A stretch of DNA of 64,000 nt from a virus, in IMG/VR virus record IMGVR_UViG_3300042337_000070, positions 1-64,000 of that record, one strand, 5' to 3'. A model generated the notes under the pieces. The model did no database searches. It was given only the letters and a program-made list of their open reading frames with translations, and was not told where the DNA came from. Shown here piece by piece: positions 15,121-24,165 of the stretch (its first letter is position 1; every line of letters starts with the position of its first letter). Both the position numbers and the translations under genes were made by a program.

Positions 15121-17672
15121 GAAAAGAAGTCCTCCAGGCTTGCGGTTCTTTCTGCTTTCCAATTGATTGCTTCCAGAATGATCTTCAAAGGTTCCAGAAA
15201 CGACTTATCGAATTGCATATTGTAATCGATATACTTGTCCAAGTCAAACTCTTTTGGTATACCACCTTGTGGGAATGCAATCACGTTTGACTGCACAGTG
15301 TTTGGTTCTTTGAGGAAGATAAACTTGATCTTCTCTCCGCCTTGAATCAGCGGATACTTACCAGAAAGTTTATGCTCAGATAGAAAGTGATTATATACCA
15401 GAGAGCCACGCACATGTATAGGGGTGCCGGACCCATAGATAGTTTTCTTATCCGCATACTTACCGAGACCATTAACGCCCCGAGGGAACGCAATGTCGGC
15501 AAGAGGTAGTGTTTCAAACTCTTTACGAAACTCTTGAACGAACTCTTGAACAGCGGTTTCACCTGAGTCAAAGATAACATCAATTACCTCTTTTAATTTC
15601 TCTCTACATGCTGATGGTGTCGAACTCTTGACCATTTCAAGACCCATAACTTTCTTCTTAGGTTTTGCATACTGCACACCTTCGGAGTTATGGACATTGA
15701 GAATGTAACGTTTCTTAGCGGTCCAGATAGCCTTATCAGCTAGGACCTCACGCTTCATTACAATCTTTTGCTGATATACGTTAGTGTAGTCACCAAGTTC
15801 TGCACAAGCCTTATCAATAACAGGTTGGATTCCAGTCTCACAAACCTTATCCAGGAATGAGATACCTCTTGCTGCTCCAATAGATTGTGAGTCCTTGCCC
15901 AAAGTTTGTAGAACAAGGTCGTTAAGATTGAGATACACCGAGTCAGTATCGACCGCAATGACATAATCTTTCTCCGTCTTCAATAGTTTATTCAGATAAT
16001 TGTTTAGTGTAGTTTCGATCCATCTGATGGATAACTGTCCTGTAGTCGTAACAGCAATCGCATTCCTTAGATCAAAGAAACGAAAGAACTGTGAACCCAT
16101 AGCGCCATAGAGAGAGTTGAGCGATACCTTTTTCGAGAGCTGTAGGTTCTTGAACTTGGATATTTTATTCTTGATCTCTTTTTTCTTTTGAGAATCTGTT
16201 TCTCGTTCATACTCTTGCTCCGCTTCAAGCATTGCCTTCTTATAGACTTTGCGATCATTGAACATCTTCTCAACCATTTCAGGCATGAATCCTTGCTTGT
16301 CACGGCGATAGAACTGACCATTTGCCGTGAGACAAACATTCTCATCCTTCAATGCTGATAAGTCTATAGACTTGTCGAGAAGTTTATCAACAGTGACACC
16401 AGCGGCAGTAATAGACCGCATAGCAGGGCTATAAGAATCAGATTCGATAATCGTCTCGGGAGAGATATTTGACCCCATAATAACAGACGGATACTCTGAG
16501 TTAACGTCGAAAGAAGCCACCCAATCATGAAAACCAATAATAGGATCTTTAACGTAGGCTCCGACATATGCTGCCTCCTTTTCATGTCTTTCAATTGGAG
16601 GAACAACCACGTTCTTTGCTTTTAGATGATGAAAACAAATGATGTCCCACATACGAACTTGTGCAAATACATCTTCGTAATTGCACTTGTTATCATATGA
16701 AAGAGTTAGAGCCAATTCAATGAACTTACCCTTTTCATCGATACGGTCTACCAGTTCAACGTCTTTGATATTATACTCAATAAACTTTTGGTAATCCTCT
16801 TTGAAAAGGTTGTGAAGAGAACCGTATTCCTCATATGAAAGTTTACGCTCACCCAATTCAATGTGAGCAATGTTGTCTAGACGATATGATTCCTGTGAGT
16901 TACCTCCAGGAGCATATCTTCTATATAGATCAATCATATCTAGAGTTGCAATACCGAGCAGACTATAGATATTTGTCTTCTTACCAAATCCAGTTTCAAC
17001 AGTCCTTGGATTTACAACGCCCCAAGGAGAAAGGCGCCGAGACTCTTTCTCACCTAATATCTTAGCGATACGATTGACAAGATATGGAATATCGAACTTC
17101 TCTACGTTCCATCCAGTCACAATATCAGGACATTTATGTTCCCAGAAAGATAGGAACTGTTTGATTAGATCAATCTCATCCTGACAACGCTTATAGTCAA
17201 TATCATGACGATGCGGTTTATAGTGTCCACATCCCCATGTGTAAAAGATATTCTTTATCTTTACAGTGATAGCCGTCAGCGGTTCTTGTGCTAGTTCCGG
17301 ATCAGGGAACCCACTCTCAGAACCGACTTCGATATCGATGTTAGCAATACAAATGTTGTCAATGTTCCACTCTACAACACCAGGATGCTCATCGGCGATG
17401 AAGCAATACTGATAACGCTGATTACCATAAATCTTGAAGTTGTCAACGTCTTCATACTGTTTGATAAAGTCACGGGTCTCCCTAATGCTGCCGGGCTTAA
17501 TCGGACTAACATGTTCACCATAGATCGTTGTGAACTTGGTGGGAGTCTGAGAAGGAACAAAAAGCGTAGGGTAATAATCTACCCTACGCTTGTAACTGTT
17601 TCCATCCTCAATGCCACGATACAGGATTTTACCACCCCATACTTCAACATTGGTATAGAATCTATTTGTCAT
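15117..17672 (-). CDS. 43: Family B DNA polymerase (gp43)
   Basis: DIEV exo I, SFDVNSEYPS, KVSLNSLYG, DTDS, KKRY. Confidence 0.97.
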   Translation of the reverse strand: MTNRFYTNVEVWGGKILYRGIEDGNSYKRRVDYYPTLFVPSQTPTKFTTIYGEHVSPIKPGSIRETRDFIKQYEDVDNFKIYGNQRYQYCFIADEHPGVVEWNIDNICIANIDIEVGSESGFPDPELAQEPLTAITVKIKNIFYTWGCGHYKPHRHDIDYKRCQDEIDLIKQFLSFWEHKCPDIVTGWNVEKFDIPYLVNRIAKILGEKESRRLSPWGVVNPRTVETGFGKKTNIYSLLGIATLDMIDLYRRYAPGGNSQESYRLDNIAHIELGERKLSYEEYGSLHNLFKEDYQKFIEYNIKDVELVDRIDEKGKFIELALTLSYDNKCNYEDVFAQVRMWDIICFHHLKAKNVVVPPIERHEKEAAYVGAYVKDPIIGFHDWVASFDVNSEYPSVIMGSNISPETIIESDSYSPAMRSITAAGVTVDKLLDKSIDLSALKDENVCLTANGQFYRRDKQGFMPEMVEKMFNDRKVYKKAMLEAEQEYERETDSQKKKEIKNKISKFKNLQLSKKVSLNSLYGAMGSQFFRFFDLRNAIAVTTTGQLSIRWIETTLNNYLNKLLKTEKDYVIAVDTDSVYLNLNDLVLQTLGKDSQSIGAARGISFLDKVCETGIQPVIDKACAELGDYTNVYQQKIVMKREVLADKAIWTAKKRYILNVHNSEGVQYAKPKKKVMGLEMVKSSTPSACREKLKEVIDVIFDSGETAVQEFVQEFRKEFETLPLADIAFPRGVNGLGKYADKKTIYGSGTPIHVRGSLVYNHFLSEHKLSGKYPLIQGGEKIKFIFLKEPNTVQSNVIAFPQGGIPKEFDLDKYIDYNMQFDKSFLEPLKIILEAINWKAERTASLEDFFS

Positions 17673-17983
17673 TAAGTGATAATCTTCGATGCTGGAGGAA
17701 GAACCAGCCCGCCGAACATAGCGGAATACTGATTCAGGAACTCGTTAATAGGAGTACCAGTAAATGTAACATGATATGAGTTAAGTGTCAACTCTTTATC
17801 TTCTGTCCACTGAGTAAATGGACCGAATCCTACCTTAGGGTTGGCCTGATCTGCCGTTGGGATAACGACGATACGCACAGGGTTCTTTACAACCAACTTA
17901 GATGCTGTTTCCTCGATAACTTCGCCGATTAGTTCCTCTCCTGTTGAGAGACGAATCACTTTAATATTGTCTGTCTTTGCCAT
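17672..17983 (-). CDS. Conserved T4-like Sm-fold hypothetical protein
   Basis: IRLSTGEELIG...VKNP pattern. Confidence 0.65.
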   Translation of the reverse strand: MAKTDNIKVIRLSTGEELIGEVIEETASKLVVKNPVRIVVIPTADQANPKVGFGPFTQWTEDKELTLNSYHVTFTGTPINEFLNQYSAMFGGLVLPPASKIIT

Positions 17984-18192
17984 TAGTTTACAATCTCCAT
18001 TAGATAGTCATATACCCCAACCGTGACCCACTTCTCAGGAATTAGAGTAGTGCGGTTGCCATTCTCATTCACGAATGAATAAGAGTTATCAAGATCCATA
18101 ATCTTGACAATTCGTTCCCACTTGCCATCAAAGGCACGCTGCTTGAATGCAGTCTCTAGAACCTGCATGTTCTTCTCACTTGATGGAATCAT
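17983..18192 (-). CDS. Hypothetical protein (MIPSSEKNMQVLE...)
   Basis: Likely start after GGAG RBS within ORF 17983-18333. Confidence 0.6.
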   Translation of the reverse strand: MIPSSEKNMQVLETAFKQRAFDGKWERIVKIMDLDNSYSFVNENGNRTTLIPEKWVTVGVYDYLMEIVN

Positions 18193-18202
18193 TGTTTTCT
18201 CC

Positions 18203-18748
18203 TTAGTCCCATAGTCCACGATAATACTTACCGAATAGGCGAGTACCATTCTCAATACGATTATTATATACGTCAAAACCCTGTTTGTCAAATCCATTCT
18301 TATGAAACTGTTCTTCCCACGAATCATCAACAATCTGTTCGAATGCCCAAATCATTTCGTTCAACACCCATTCCCACTTGTAATGGACCCAATTATCATT
18401 GCCGTAGTTACCGTTATGATCAGGCTCAGGAAAATTATGACGCATATGCTCAGGAACATCTTCCTCATCAACATAACAAGAACCGTGCTTGGTTGCCTGT
18501 AGCTGCTTTAGCATAGGAAGAATGATAAGAGCAAGTGTATGATCCATATTCCAAGTATCCCACCGATCAATATGAATCTTTATCTTGCGATTTCTTTTTT
18601 CATAAATCCAGTTGAGAAACTTGTTCACCCAAGTATCCGCAAGCCAGTCTCCAACCTTGTCGGCAGTATCTTCGCTAATGTATGGAATCATTTTCGCTAG
18701 CTGATACGGTCCTACGAAATTGCAATATTGCCCGATCTTAATCTTCAT
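18203..18748 (-). CDS. Conserved phage hypothetical protein
   Basis: DTWNMDHTLA..ILPML..., LFGKYYRGLWD. Confidence 0.75.
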   Translation of the reverse strand: MKIKIGQYCNFVGPYQLAKMIPYISEDTADKVGDWLADTWVNKFLNWIYEKRNRKIKIHIDRWDTWNMDHTLALIILPMLKQLQATKHGSCYVDEEDVPEHMRHNFPEPDHNGNYGNDNWVHYKWEWVLNEMIWAFEQIVDDSWEEQFHKNGFDKQGFDVYNNRIENGTRLFGKYYRGLWD

Positions 18749-18995
18749 TCTTCATACTCTCTTTTAGTTTACGAAATAGACCAACAGGCCCTTTAGCGTC
18801 TTCGCTCATTGTCATGGCATTACGAACCTCTAGAAGAGGCTCAATGCTTGTGGGAATTTCAATTAGATAGTTGAGAAATGTATAACCATGCTCGGACAGA
18901 TCAAACACCTCTAACACTTTACCTTTTGAAAGTTTACCTGGTGCAGTTCCAAGATGGATCCAAACATCATCACCCTTGGCGTAGGTCGTTTTCAT
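18738..18995 (-). CDS. Hypothetical protein
   Basis: 85-aa ORF. Confidence 0.6.
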   Translation of the reverse strand: MKTTYAKGDDVWIHLGTAPGKLSKGKVLEVFDLSEHGYTFLNYLIEIPTSIEPLLEVRNAMTMSEDAKGPVGLFRKLKESMKNED

Positions 18996-19164
18996 AGTGT
19001 TTCCTTATTTCAACTTTGATGGTATGAGCGCAGGACGCACATACAACTGAGCAACCATGTTTCTCCATGATTTCTTGAACAGAAGGAACATCGTTTTCAA
19101 AATGATGTTCCAGGATTTGCTTGACGGTATTGGAAGAGATTGTGTTACAGGAACATAGAATCAT
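18970..19164 (-). CDS. bfd: Bfd-like [2Fe-2S] ferredoxin
   Basis: MILCSCN...CASC spacing. Confidence 0.7.
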   Translation of the reverse strand: MILCSCNTISSNTVKQILEHHFENDVPSVQEIMEKHGCSVVCASCAHTIKVEIRKHYENDLRQG

Positions 19165-19216
19165 TTTTACCTCTACTTACATATATATTGTAGCAGATAT
19201 TTTCTCGGAGGTCAAG

Positions 19217-19597
19217 ATGCCATTCGTTCTTTCACTCATTTCCTCAGGCGCTATCAAATGGATTGCCATTCTGATCATTGTAGCCTTACTGGGCGGAAGT
19301 CTTTATATGAAACATAGAGAGATCGTGAATCTGGAAAAGGAAACGGCACTTCAAGCCTATAACATCAATCAACTCAAACAAGACCTCAAAGACAAGTTGC
19401 GCCATCTTGAACAAATGGCAGAGATAAACAGACACAAGAGCGAGATTGTCGCTAACTTATACATTGAAAGAGATAACTTGGAATCTCAACTAAGAGACAT
19501 TGATGCTAAGATCAATCAACACGTTGGTGCAGGTCGTGACAAACAGTCTTCCCAAATTCTCAAAGATACATTCAAATCCCTAGGAGAAATGAAATGA
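19217..19597 (+). CDS. Probable i-spanin (Rz-like)
   Basis: N-terminal TM plus coiled coil; ATG after GGAGG; overlaps lipoprotein gene. Confidence 0.65.
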   Translation: MPFVLSLISSGAIKWIAILIIVALLGGSLYMKHREIVNLEKETALQAYNINQLKQDLKDKLRHLEQMAEINRHKSEIVANLYIERDNLESQLRDIDAKINQHVGAGRDKQSSQILKDTFKSLGEMK

Positions 19598-19872
19598 AGT
19601 GGTTCATATTAGTTGCGGCATTGTTTCTTGCGAGTTGCAATGAACCTCAACAAATTGTTACATCATACAGATATATGGTAGTTCACCCAGATGAAGCAAT
19701 GTATTATTGCCCAGTTTTGAAGAAGTTTCCTGACTGGAAGACACTGACGGATGCACAGGTTGCAAAGACAGTAATCGAGTTACATAGAAACAATCTTACT
19801 TGTAAAAGTTCCATCGAATCGATTAGAAAGTTTTTGAATGACGCTGATATGAGGTTGAAAAAGGGGAGCTGA
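19594..19872 (+). CDS. Probable o-spanin lipoprotein (Rz1-like)
   Basis: Lipobox FLAS-C; Cys/Pro pattern. Confidence 0.7.
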   Translation: MKWFILVAALFLASCNEPQQIVTSYRYMVVHPDEAMYYCPVLKKFPDWKTLTDAQVAKTVIELHRNNLTCKSSIESIRKFLNDADMRLKKGS

Positions 19873-19882
19873 TGCTCCCCTC
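19859..19882. terminator. Terminator between convergent genes
   Basis: AGGGGAGC-TGAT-GCTCCCCT hairpin with flanking A-run. Confidence 0.7.
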
Positions 19883-19886
19883 AATC

Positions 19887-20120
19887 TTACTTAGGTGGTT
19901 CTGTTTCTAGAGCCGTCTTCACTGTTGTTGCTTCTGTAACCTTACGCATTACTGCCATAACAGCAGCAGCAACTAGGCCAGCGACAGGAACAACCATTGC
20001 TTGTGGAACACCCCATCCAGTTAGAACAGTGACCCAATCAATGCCAGCGACAGATTCGGTGACAACTGGTAGAACAGCCATTAGAACTGCAACCAGATAT
20101 GTTTTATAACCTTCTAGCAT
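19887..20120 (-). CDS. Holin-like small membrane protein
   Basis: MLEGYKTY N-terminus, two TM segments; CTAAATA at 20166-20160 upstream. Confidence 0.5.
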   Translation of the reverse strand: MLEGYKTYLVAVLMAVLPVVTESVAGIDWVTVLTGWGVPQAMVVPVAGLVAAAVMAVMRKVTEATTVKTALETEPPK

Positions 20121-20162
20121 AATAATCTCCTTTCGAAAGAGGACCCGTAGGTCCTCATCTAT

Positions 20163-20606
20163 TTAGATTTCTATCCACTTTCGGATACGATCGATATATG
20201 CTTCCTTCTCGTCAGCAACATAATCTTTTCCTAAGAAGTTGCCTTTACTATCTCTTTTAGGATACTTATAGATACGATCCTTGACAGGACCATACTTGTT
20301 CAACATTTCAAACACTCTTGGTAGAATGTAGAAGTTTAGCACAACAGGATCGTGAATCTTGTTTTCAACCGACTTGTATGGCTTGCCTGCGAGATATGCC
20401 CGAGCAAGAAACGTTGCACGGTTCTCGTTACGAACGTCCCACTTACGGTGATTGCTGATTGATCGATACTTCTCGATTAGTTTGCGATCAGGTGTTCCTT
20501 GATCGCATTGCCATCTGATTTGCTTTTTGAGTTTGTGCTCCTCATGACGAATGACTTTTGATTCTAGACCGAGGTGCTTTGATTTGATTTTTAGTTCAAT
20601 ACTCAT
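20163..20606 (-). CDS. Conserved basic phage protein of unknown function (downstream of amber leader)
   Basis: ATG 20606 after AAGGA; LKIKSKHL..E...IRHEE...HRK..VR.E.RA..LARAYL.GKPY. Confidence 0.8.
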   Translation of the reverse strand: MSIELKIKSKHLGLESKVIRHEEHKLKKQIRWQCDQGTPDRKLIEKYRSISNHRKWDVRNENRATFLARAYLAGKPYKSVENKIHDPVVLNFYILPRVFEMLNKYGPVKDRIYKYPKRDSKGNFLGKDYVADEKEAYIDRIRKWIEI

Positions 20607-20699
20607 TTGTGTTTCCTTTTGTTTGACTGGTTCATAAAATAAAGACAAAAGGAATTTTGGTGGTGATCTAGAAACCTAACGAAAAAAATTCTTGAACAT
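20607..20699 (-). promoter_or_regulatory. Amber-containing leader peptide / translational attenuator
   Basis: GAAAGG-N8-ATG; MFKNFFR-TAG(20678-20676)-VSRSPPKF...; TTCCTTTTGT (20654-20645) pairs with ACAAAAGGAA (20622-20613), which contains the SD. Confidence 0.7.
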
Positions 20700-20723
20700 T
20701 GTTATAACCTTTCATAAAGTAAT

Positions 20724-20797
20724 TGGCGCCCCTAGTGGGAATTGAACTCACATTGGTCGTTTTAGAGACGACTGCATTGCCATTATGCTATAGGGGC
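20724..20797 (-). tRNA. Amber suppressor tRNA (anticodon CTA)
   Basis: GCCCCTA/TAGGGGC-G-CCA; D-arm GCAT/ATGC; GTCGT-CTCTAAA-ACGAC; T-loop TTCAATT. Confidence 0.9.
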
Positions 20798-20803
20798 GCA
20801 AAC

Positions 20804-20810
20804 TATTTAG
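20804..20810 (-). promoter_or_regulatory. Late-type promoter upstream of suppressor tRNA
   Basis: CTAAATA 6 nt before tRNA 5' end. Confidence 0.5.
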
Positions 20811-21046
20811 TTGATTTGATAGATAGCAGTTCCACAAGATGGCTTGATAACCACGCTTCCTTCCCACGGACGAAGCCATCCCCGATGCCAAGTTCCCTGC
20901 ACACAATACATACCACGATGAACTGGAACAGACCAGTCACCTGTGAACGGTGGATCCTCTACAGGATTGTAATATGTGCCATAGGGTGCTTGTGCAAAAG
21001 CAGAAGTGCTAACTAGCAGAGCAAGTGCGAGTAGCAGCGTTCTCAT
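20807..21046 (-). CDS. Small secreted protein
   Basis: Signal peptide ending AFA. Confidence 0.7.
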   Translation of the reverse strand: MRTLLLALALLVSTSAFAQAPYGTYYNPVEDPPFTGDWSVPVHRGMYCVQGTWHRGWLRPWEGSVVIKPSCGTAIYQIN

Positions 21047-21348
21047 AGTCCTAGAAATCCAATTCCAAGAAGACCACGCTTGTTACCGAAAAGACCTGGC
21101 TTGCGTGGCTCAATATCAACTGATAGACCATTCTCATCATTTAGAACATCAACATCGGCGCCTGGAGGTGCGGTAACAACAACACCATGAGGAGTTACCT
21201 GAACGGCTGGAGCAAAGAAACCCTTACTATGCTGTGCACCAGGAACAGCAGCAACCTTACCGTTGTGTGTTTCATCCTGAGTTGTTAGTGCAAATGCGGA
21301 ACCTGTTAGAGCCATGACGAAAGCAGTAGCGATAAAAAACTTATTCAT
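21043..21348 (-). CDS. Small secreted protein
   Basis: MNKFFIATAFVMALTGSAFA signal peptide. Confidence 0.7.
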   Translation of the reverse strand: MNKFFIATAFVMALTGSAFALTTQDETHNGKVAAVPGAQHSKGFFAPAVQVTPHGVVVTAPPGADVDVLNDENGLSVDIEPRKPGLFGNKRGLLGIGFLGL

Positions 21349-21370
21349 TGTATAGTTCACCTTTCTCTTG

Positions 21371-21565
21371 TTAGACAGAACCACTCTGGTCTGTATTAGT
21401 AAAATTCTCTGGATGCTTTAGAATCTCAGATAGAAACTGGACGAAGTGTGTCAAACGGTCTCTATCATAGTTGGCGACAATCTTACCGTCTTCACGAAGG
21501 TAAGAACCAATCAAGCAGTATGCTTCATTTACAGCATCATAACTTACTTTATCTCCAACACGCAT
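21371..21565 (-). CDS. Hypothetical protein
   Basis: AGGAG RBS. Confidence 0.6.
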   Translation of the reverse strand: MRVGDKVSYDAVNEAYCLIGSYLREDGKIVANYDRDRLTHFVQFLSEILKHPENFTNTDQSGSV

Positions 21566-21598
21566 GTTTATCTCCTTTGTCGGAATATCTTATATTTA

Positions 21599-21850
21599 TC
21601 ATTCGCCCTGTGACTTAGCGACAGCACGATGGTAGTAGCGTTCGAAGATTGATAATCGATCTTCTTCCGAATAGCAGTCAGGAATGTCGATGCCTTTACA
21701 TTTCTGCCACACTTCATTTGCCATATCTAGCATGAACTTTCGTTCTCGTTCCTTGCGTTCACTCTCGGCGAGTTGTGTGAGAGTATCATGATGTAATCCA
21801 ATAACTACTTTTGATATTTCATCAATTCTATCGGATCTATTCTCGTCCAT
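21599..21850 (-). CDS. Hypothetical protein
   Basis: GGAG RBS, 83 aa. Confidence 0.6.
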   Translation of the reverse strand: MDENRSDRIDEISKVVIGLHHDTLTQLAESERKERERKFMLDMANEVWQKCKGIDIPDCYSEEDRLSIFERYYHRAVAKSQGE

Positions 21851-22289
21851 AGAAATACTCCATCAAACTGAAAAGGAGATACGCTGCAAATGTGCCAAAC
21901 ACAAACCAAATTAGCCAGTCAAAGAATAGTTCATACATGTCAGCATATTCATTCATTTCGTCTCTTTCTTTATATATATCCAGTCCTGTGTGTCGCTGTT
22001 TTTATATCGTTTGGGAATGAACCAACGTGCATCAGCAACGTCAAGCACACCATACACAATCATGAAGACAAGTCCGAATCTAAACGGATACTTTTCATGC
22101 CAGCGTTTCACAACTCTACGTCCATAGTTGCTTTCTTGGGACAAAGACCACAGTCGATATACACACCACCTCTATTCTCACAATCTTTTGCTGCCTCTAG
22201 TTTTTGCTCATGTGTATCAAATACTGAACTGACGGCAGCAATAATGAATAACAAAACTGCTACTGCTCCTGCAAAGTTTATTGTATCCA

Positions 22290-22694
22290 TTATACCCTCA
22301 CATTCTTATTGAGATGTTTTAGATCGTTAGAGTCTGTCAGAACTTGAAGTCCACCCTTGTTATAGAGAGGCATGACACGGGCCGCTTTCTCAAGGATTGC
22401 TGCCCGTGTCTCTTCTGATTCTTTGTGTAGATTTGCCATGACGGAACGATTAGCCGCAGCCGACGCAGGACCAGCAATGACACTGTGGGAATCGTGTTCC
22501 TTAGTGGAACGATCTACCTTCAAAGACTCAGAATATTCTTTAGTCCAAGAAGTATTCGCTGACTTCTTTTCTTTGATTTGCTTGGGTGACAGACCCATAC
22601 TACTAAGCCACTTATCATGTTCGGAAGTCTTAGTCTTCTTTTGCTTACGCTTTCGAAGATTGGTGGTAGTATAATAAGCAGGTAGTAGCGGCAT
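22290..22694 (-). CDS. Conserved T4-like hypothetical protein
   Basis: MPLLPAYY start after GGAGG; C-terminal PLYNKGGLQV motif; promoter TTGACT-N17-TATACT at 22745-22717. Confidence 0.7.
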   Translation of the reverse strand: MPLLPAYYTTTNLRKRKQKKTKTSEHDKWLSSMGLSPKQIKEKKSANTSWTKEYSESLKVDRSTKEHDSHSVIAGPASAAANRSVMANLHKESEETRAAILEKAARVMPLYNKGGLQVLTDSNDLKHLNKNVRV

Positions 22695-22781
22695 GTATCC
22701 TCCGACGATTTCAAACAGTATAGCAAAGGTGGAGGGCAAAGTCAAGGGTTATTTTATTTGAGGAATACTTTGATGTGGAAG

Positions 22782-22809
22782 AAAAGGGGTGCCCCGTTTA
22801 GGACACCCC
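22782..22809 (-). terminator. Terminator after pmoC
   Basis: GGGGTGTCC/GGGCACCCC plus TTTT. Confidence 0.8.
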
Positions 22810-22816
22810 GTAGTTT

Positions 22817-23587
22817 TTATTCGGCTAGAAGGGCAACACCCTCTCTACCGAGAAGCGAGCGAATACGCATTAGGATCTGAAGAACAACACCAAAAACACC
22901 CAGTGCCATCCAGCCGAAGAACACGAAGCCCCAATGTAGTGGTGCAACAAATAGTTCTTCCATGAACCAGAACGTATGACCCCATTCGTTTAGACCAACG
23001 TTTGGAATAATCATAAATGGACCAATCGCTACAATCAAGAATGCTAGAGAGAAACCCTTAGCAAAGTATGGAATGCGTGTCTTAGCATAGAAGAATGCAC
23101 CAACAGCAATGATTGAATAGATTGGATAGCTCATGTAGAACTCGATAATATGACTTGGAGTAAAGTCAGTATCACGAATAACTGTCATGTGCCAGGTGCC
23201 GTCCTGTTCTGTAAAGAAAGAAGCACCCCAGTAGATTGCCACTGCATATACAACAAGCCACTGGACTAGAACAACAAGACGACGCATTTCTTCACGGGCA
23301 GTCAAGCCAGCAAAGTCACGGGTTCTTGTCTTCCAAAGATAACCTGCAAGAGCAAGTCCTGATACTAGTTCTAGTGGGATTTCTGTCCAGAGAATGCTCA
23401 TCCAATATGTCTGAAACTCTGGTGCAAACGAATCAAGGCCAGCACGCCAGCCATACACTTGTTCATAAATGCGAACGATTAGATAGAAAACATTTAGAAG
23501 GCCTAAGCCAATCCACATGCCTCGAAGGTCTACGACCTCATTTACGTCGGTTGCCACGGCCTTAGCCGATTGATTTACAACGCTCAT
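22817..23587 (-). CDS. pmoC: Particulate methane monooxygenase subunit C
   Basis: GLDSFAPEFQTYW, EQDGTWHMTVIRDTDFTPSHIIEFY, PNVGLNEWGHTFWFMEELF..PLHWGF; Methylocystis-type N-terminus VDLRGMWIGL. Confidence 0.97.
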   Translation of the reverse strand: MSVVNQSAKAVATDVNEVVDLRGMWIGLGLLNVFYLIVRIYEQVYGWRAGLDSFAPEFQTYWMSILWTEIPLELVSGLALAGYLWKTRTRDFAGLTAREEMRRLVVLVQWLVVYAVAIYWGASFFTEQDGTWHMTVIRDTDFTPSHIIEFYMSYPIYSIIAVGAFFYAKTRIPYFAKGFSLAFLIVAIGPFMIIPNVGLNEWGHTFWFMEELFVAPLHWGFVFFGWMALGVFGVVLQILMRIRSLLGREGVALLAE

Positions 23588-23611
23588 ATACTCACTCCTA
23601 TTTGAGATTAT

Positions 23612-23651
23612 TGACCGGTCTCCGGGATAGGATACCCGGTCATTTATTTAG
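23612..23651 (-). promoter_or_regulatory. Late-type promoter and 5' hairpin of pmoC
   Basis: CTAAATA at 23651-23645, then TGACCGG...CCGGTCA stem. Confidence 0.6.
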
Positions 23652-23727
23652 TAGTCACCATCGACTACTTGACGCTATAATGACACAAATTCTGTTGTGA
23701 GAACAGTCATTTTTAGACAATCTGCAT

Positions 23728-23988
23728 TCATTTTTTGACAGTGTTCATTTTTCTTTTTAGGAGATACCAGTTTAGTCTAATTAATCCTATTCCTCGATTG
23801 ATGTAGTCGGACAAGTCCATGTCACGCTTGTTTAGTCTCAAACGCATCTGGTAGTTCTCTTCCTCTAGTTTAGCAATGGTATACGCTGCCCTACGAGGAA
23901 GAGAGTCTGCATGGACGTTGTTAGATTTCTCTATCCAGTCAGCAAGGGCATTGAGTTGCCCTTGCATTTCTTTATATTCGTTTCTCAT
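23728..23988 (-). CDS. Hypothetical protein
   Basis: 86-aa ORF. Confidence 0.6.
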   Translation of the reverse strand: MRNEYKEMQGQLNALADWIEKSNNVHADSLPRRAAYTIAKLEEENYQMRLRLNKRDMDLSDYINRGIGLIRLNWYLLKRKMNTVKK

Positions 23989-24164
23989 AGTTCATCAGTT
24001 ATCTTATAAAGAGCGTGTGGATACCACTCCATATCCCGCCAGTAATATCCATGACATGATTTATCTTCTTCATTCCAGTAACCTTCGATCCATCCATGTT
24101 TCATTTTAGTGAGGTATTTTTCGCCATCAACTGCTTCTTCAAAAGGCACCATTATAAGTTTCAT
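23985..24164 (-). CDS. Small Trp/Tyr-rich hypothetical protein (59 aa)
   Basis: MKLIMVPFEEAVDG...; fills the gap, ATGA-coupled. Confidence 0.5.
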   Translation of the reverse strand: MKLIMVPFEEAVDGEKYLTKMKHGWIEGYWNEEDKSCHGYYWRDMEWYPHALYKITDEL

Positions 24165-24165
24165 A

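Noticed and set aside
15117-17672. Intein or intron in the DNA polymerase or helicase
   Set aside because: Lengths are normal and motifs are contiguous
20668-20715. Alternative uORF MKGYNNVQEFFSLGF-TAG in another frame, and a T7 run as a possible frameshift site
   Set aside because: No RBS in front of it; the MFKNFFR frame has an RBS and continues in frame through RSPP
20723-21016. Plus-strand 97-aa ORF
   Set aside because: Antisense to the suppressor tRNA and a secreted-protein gene
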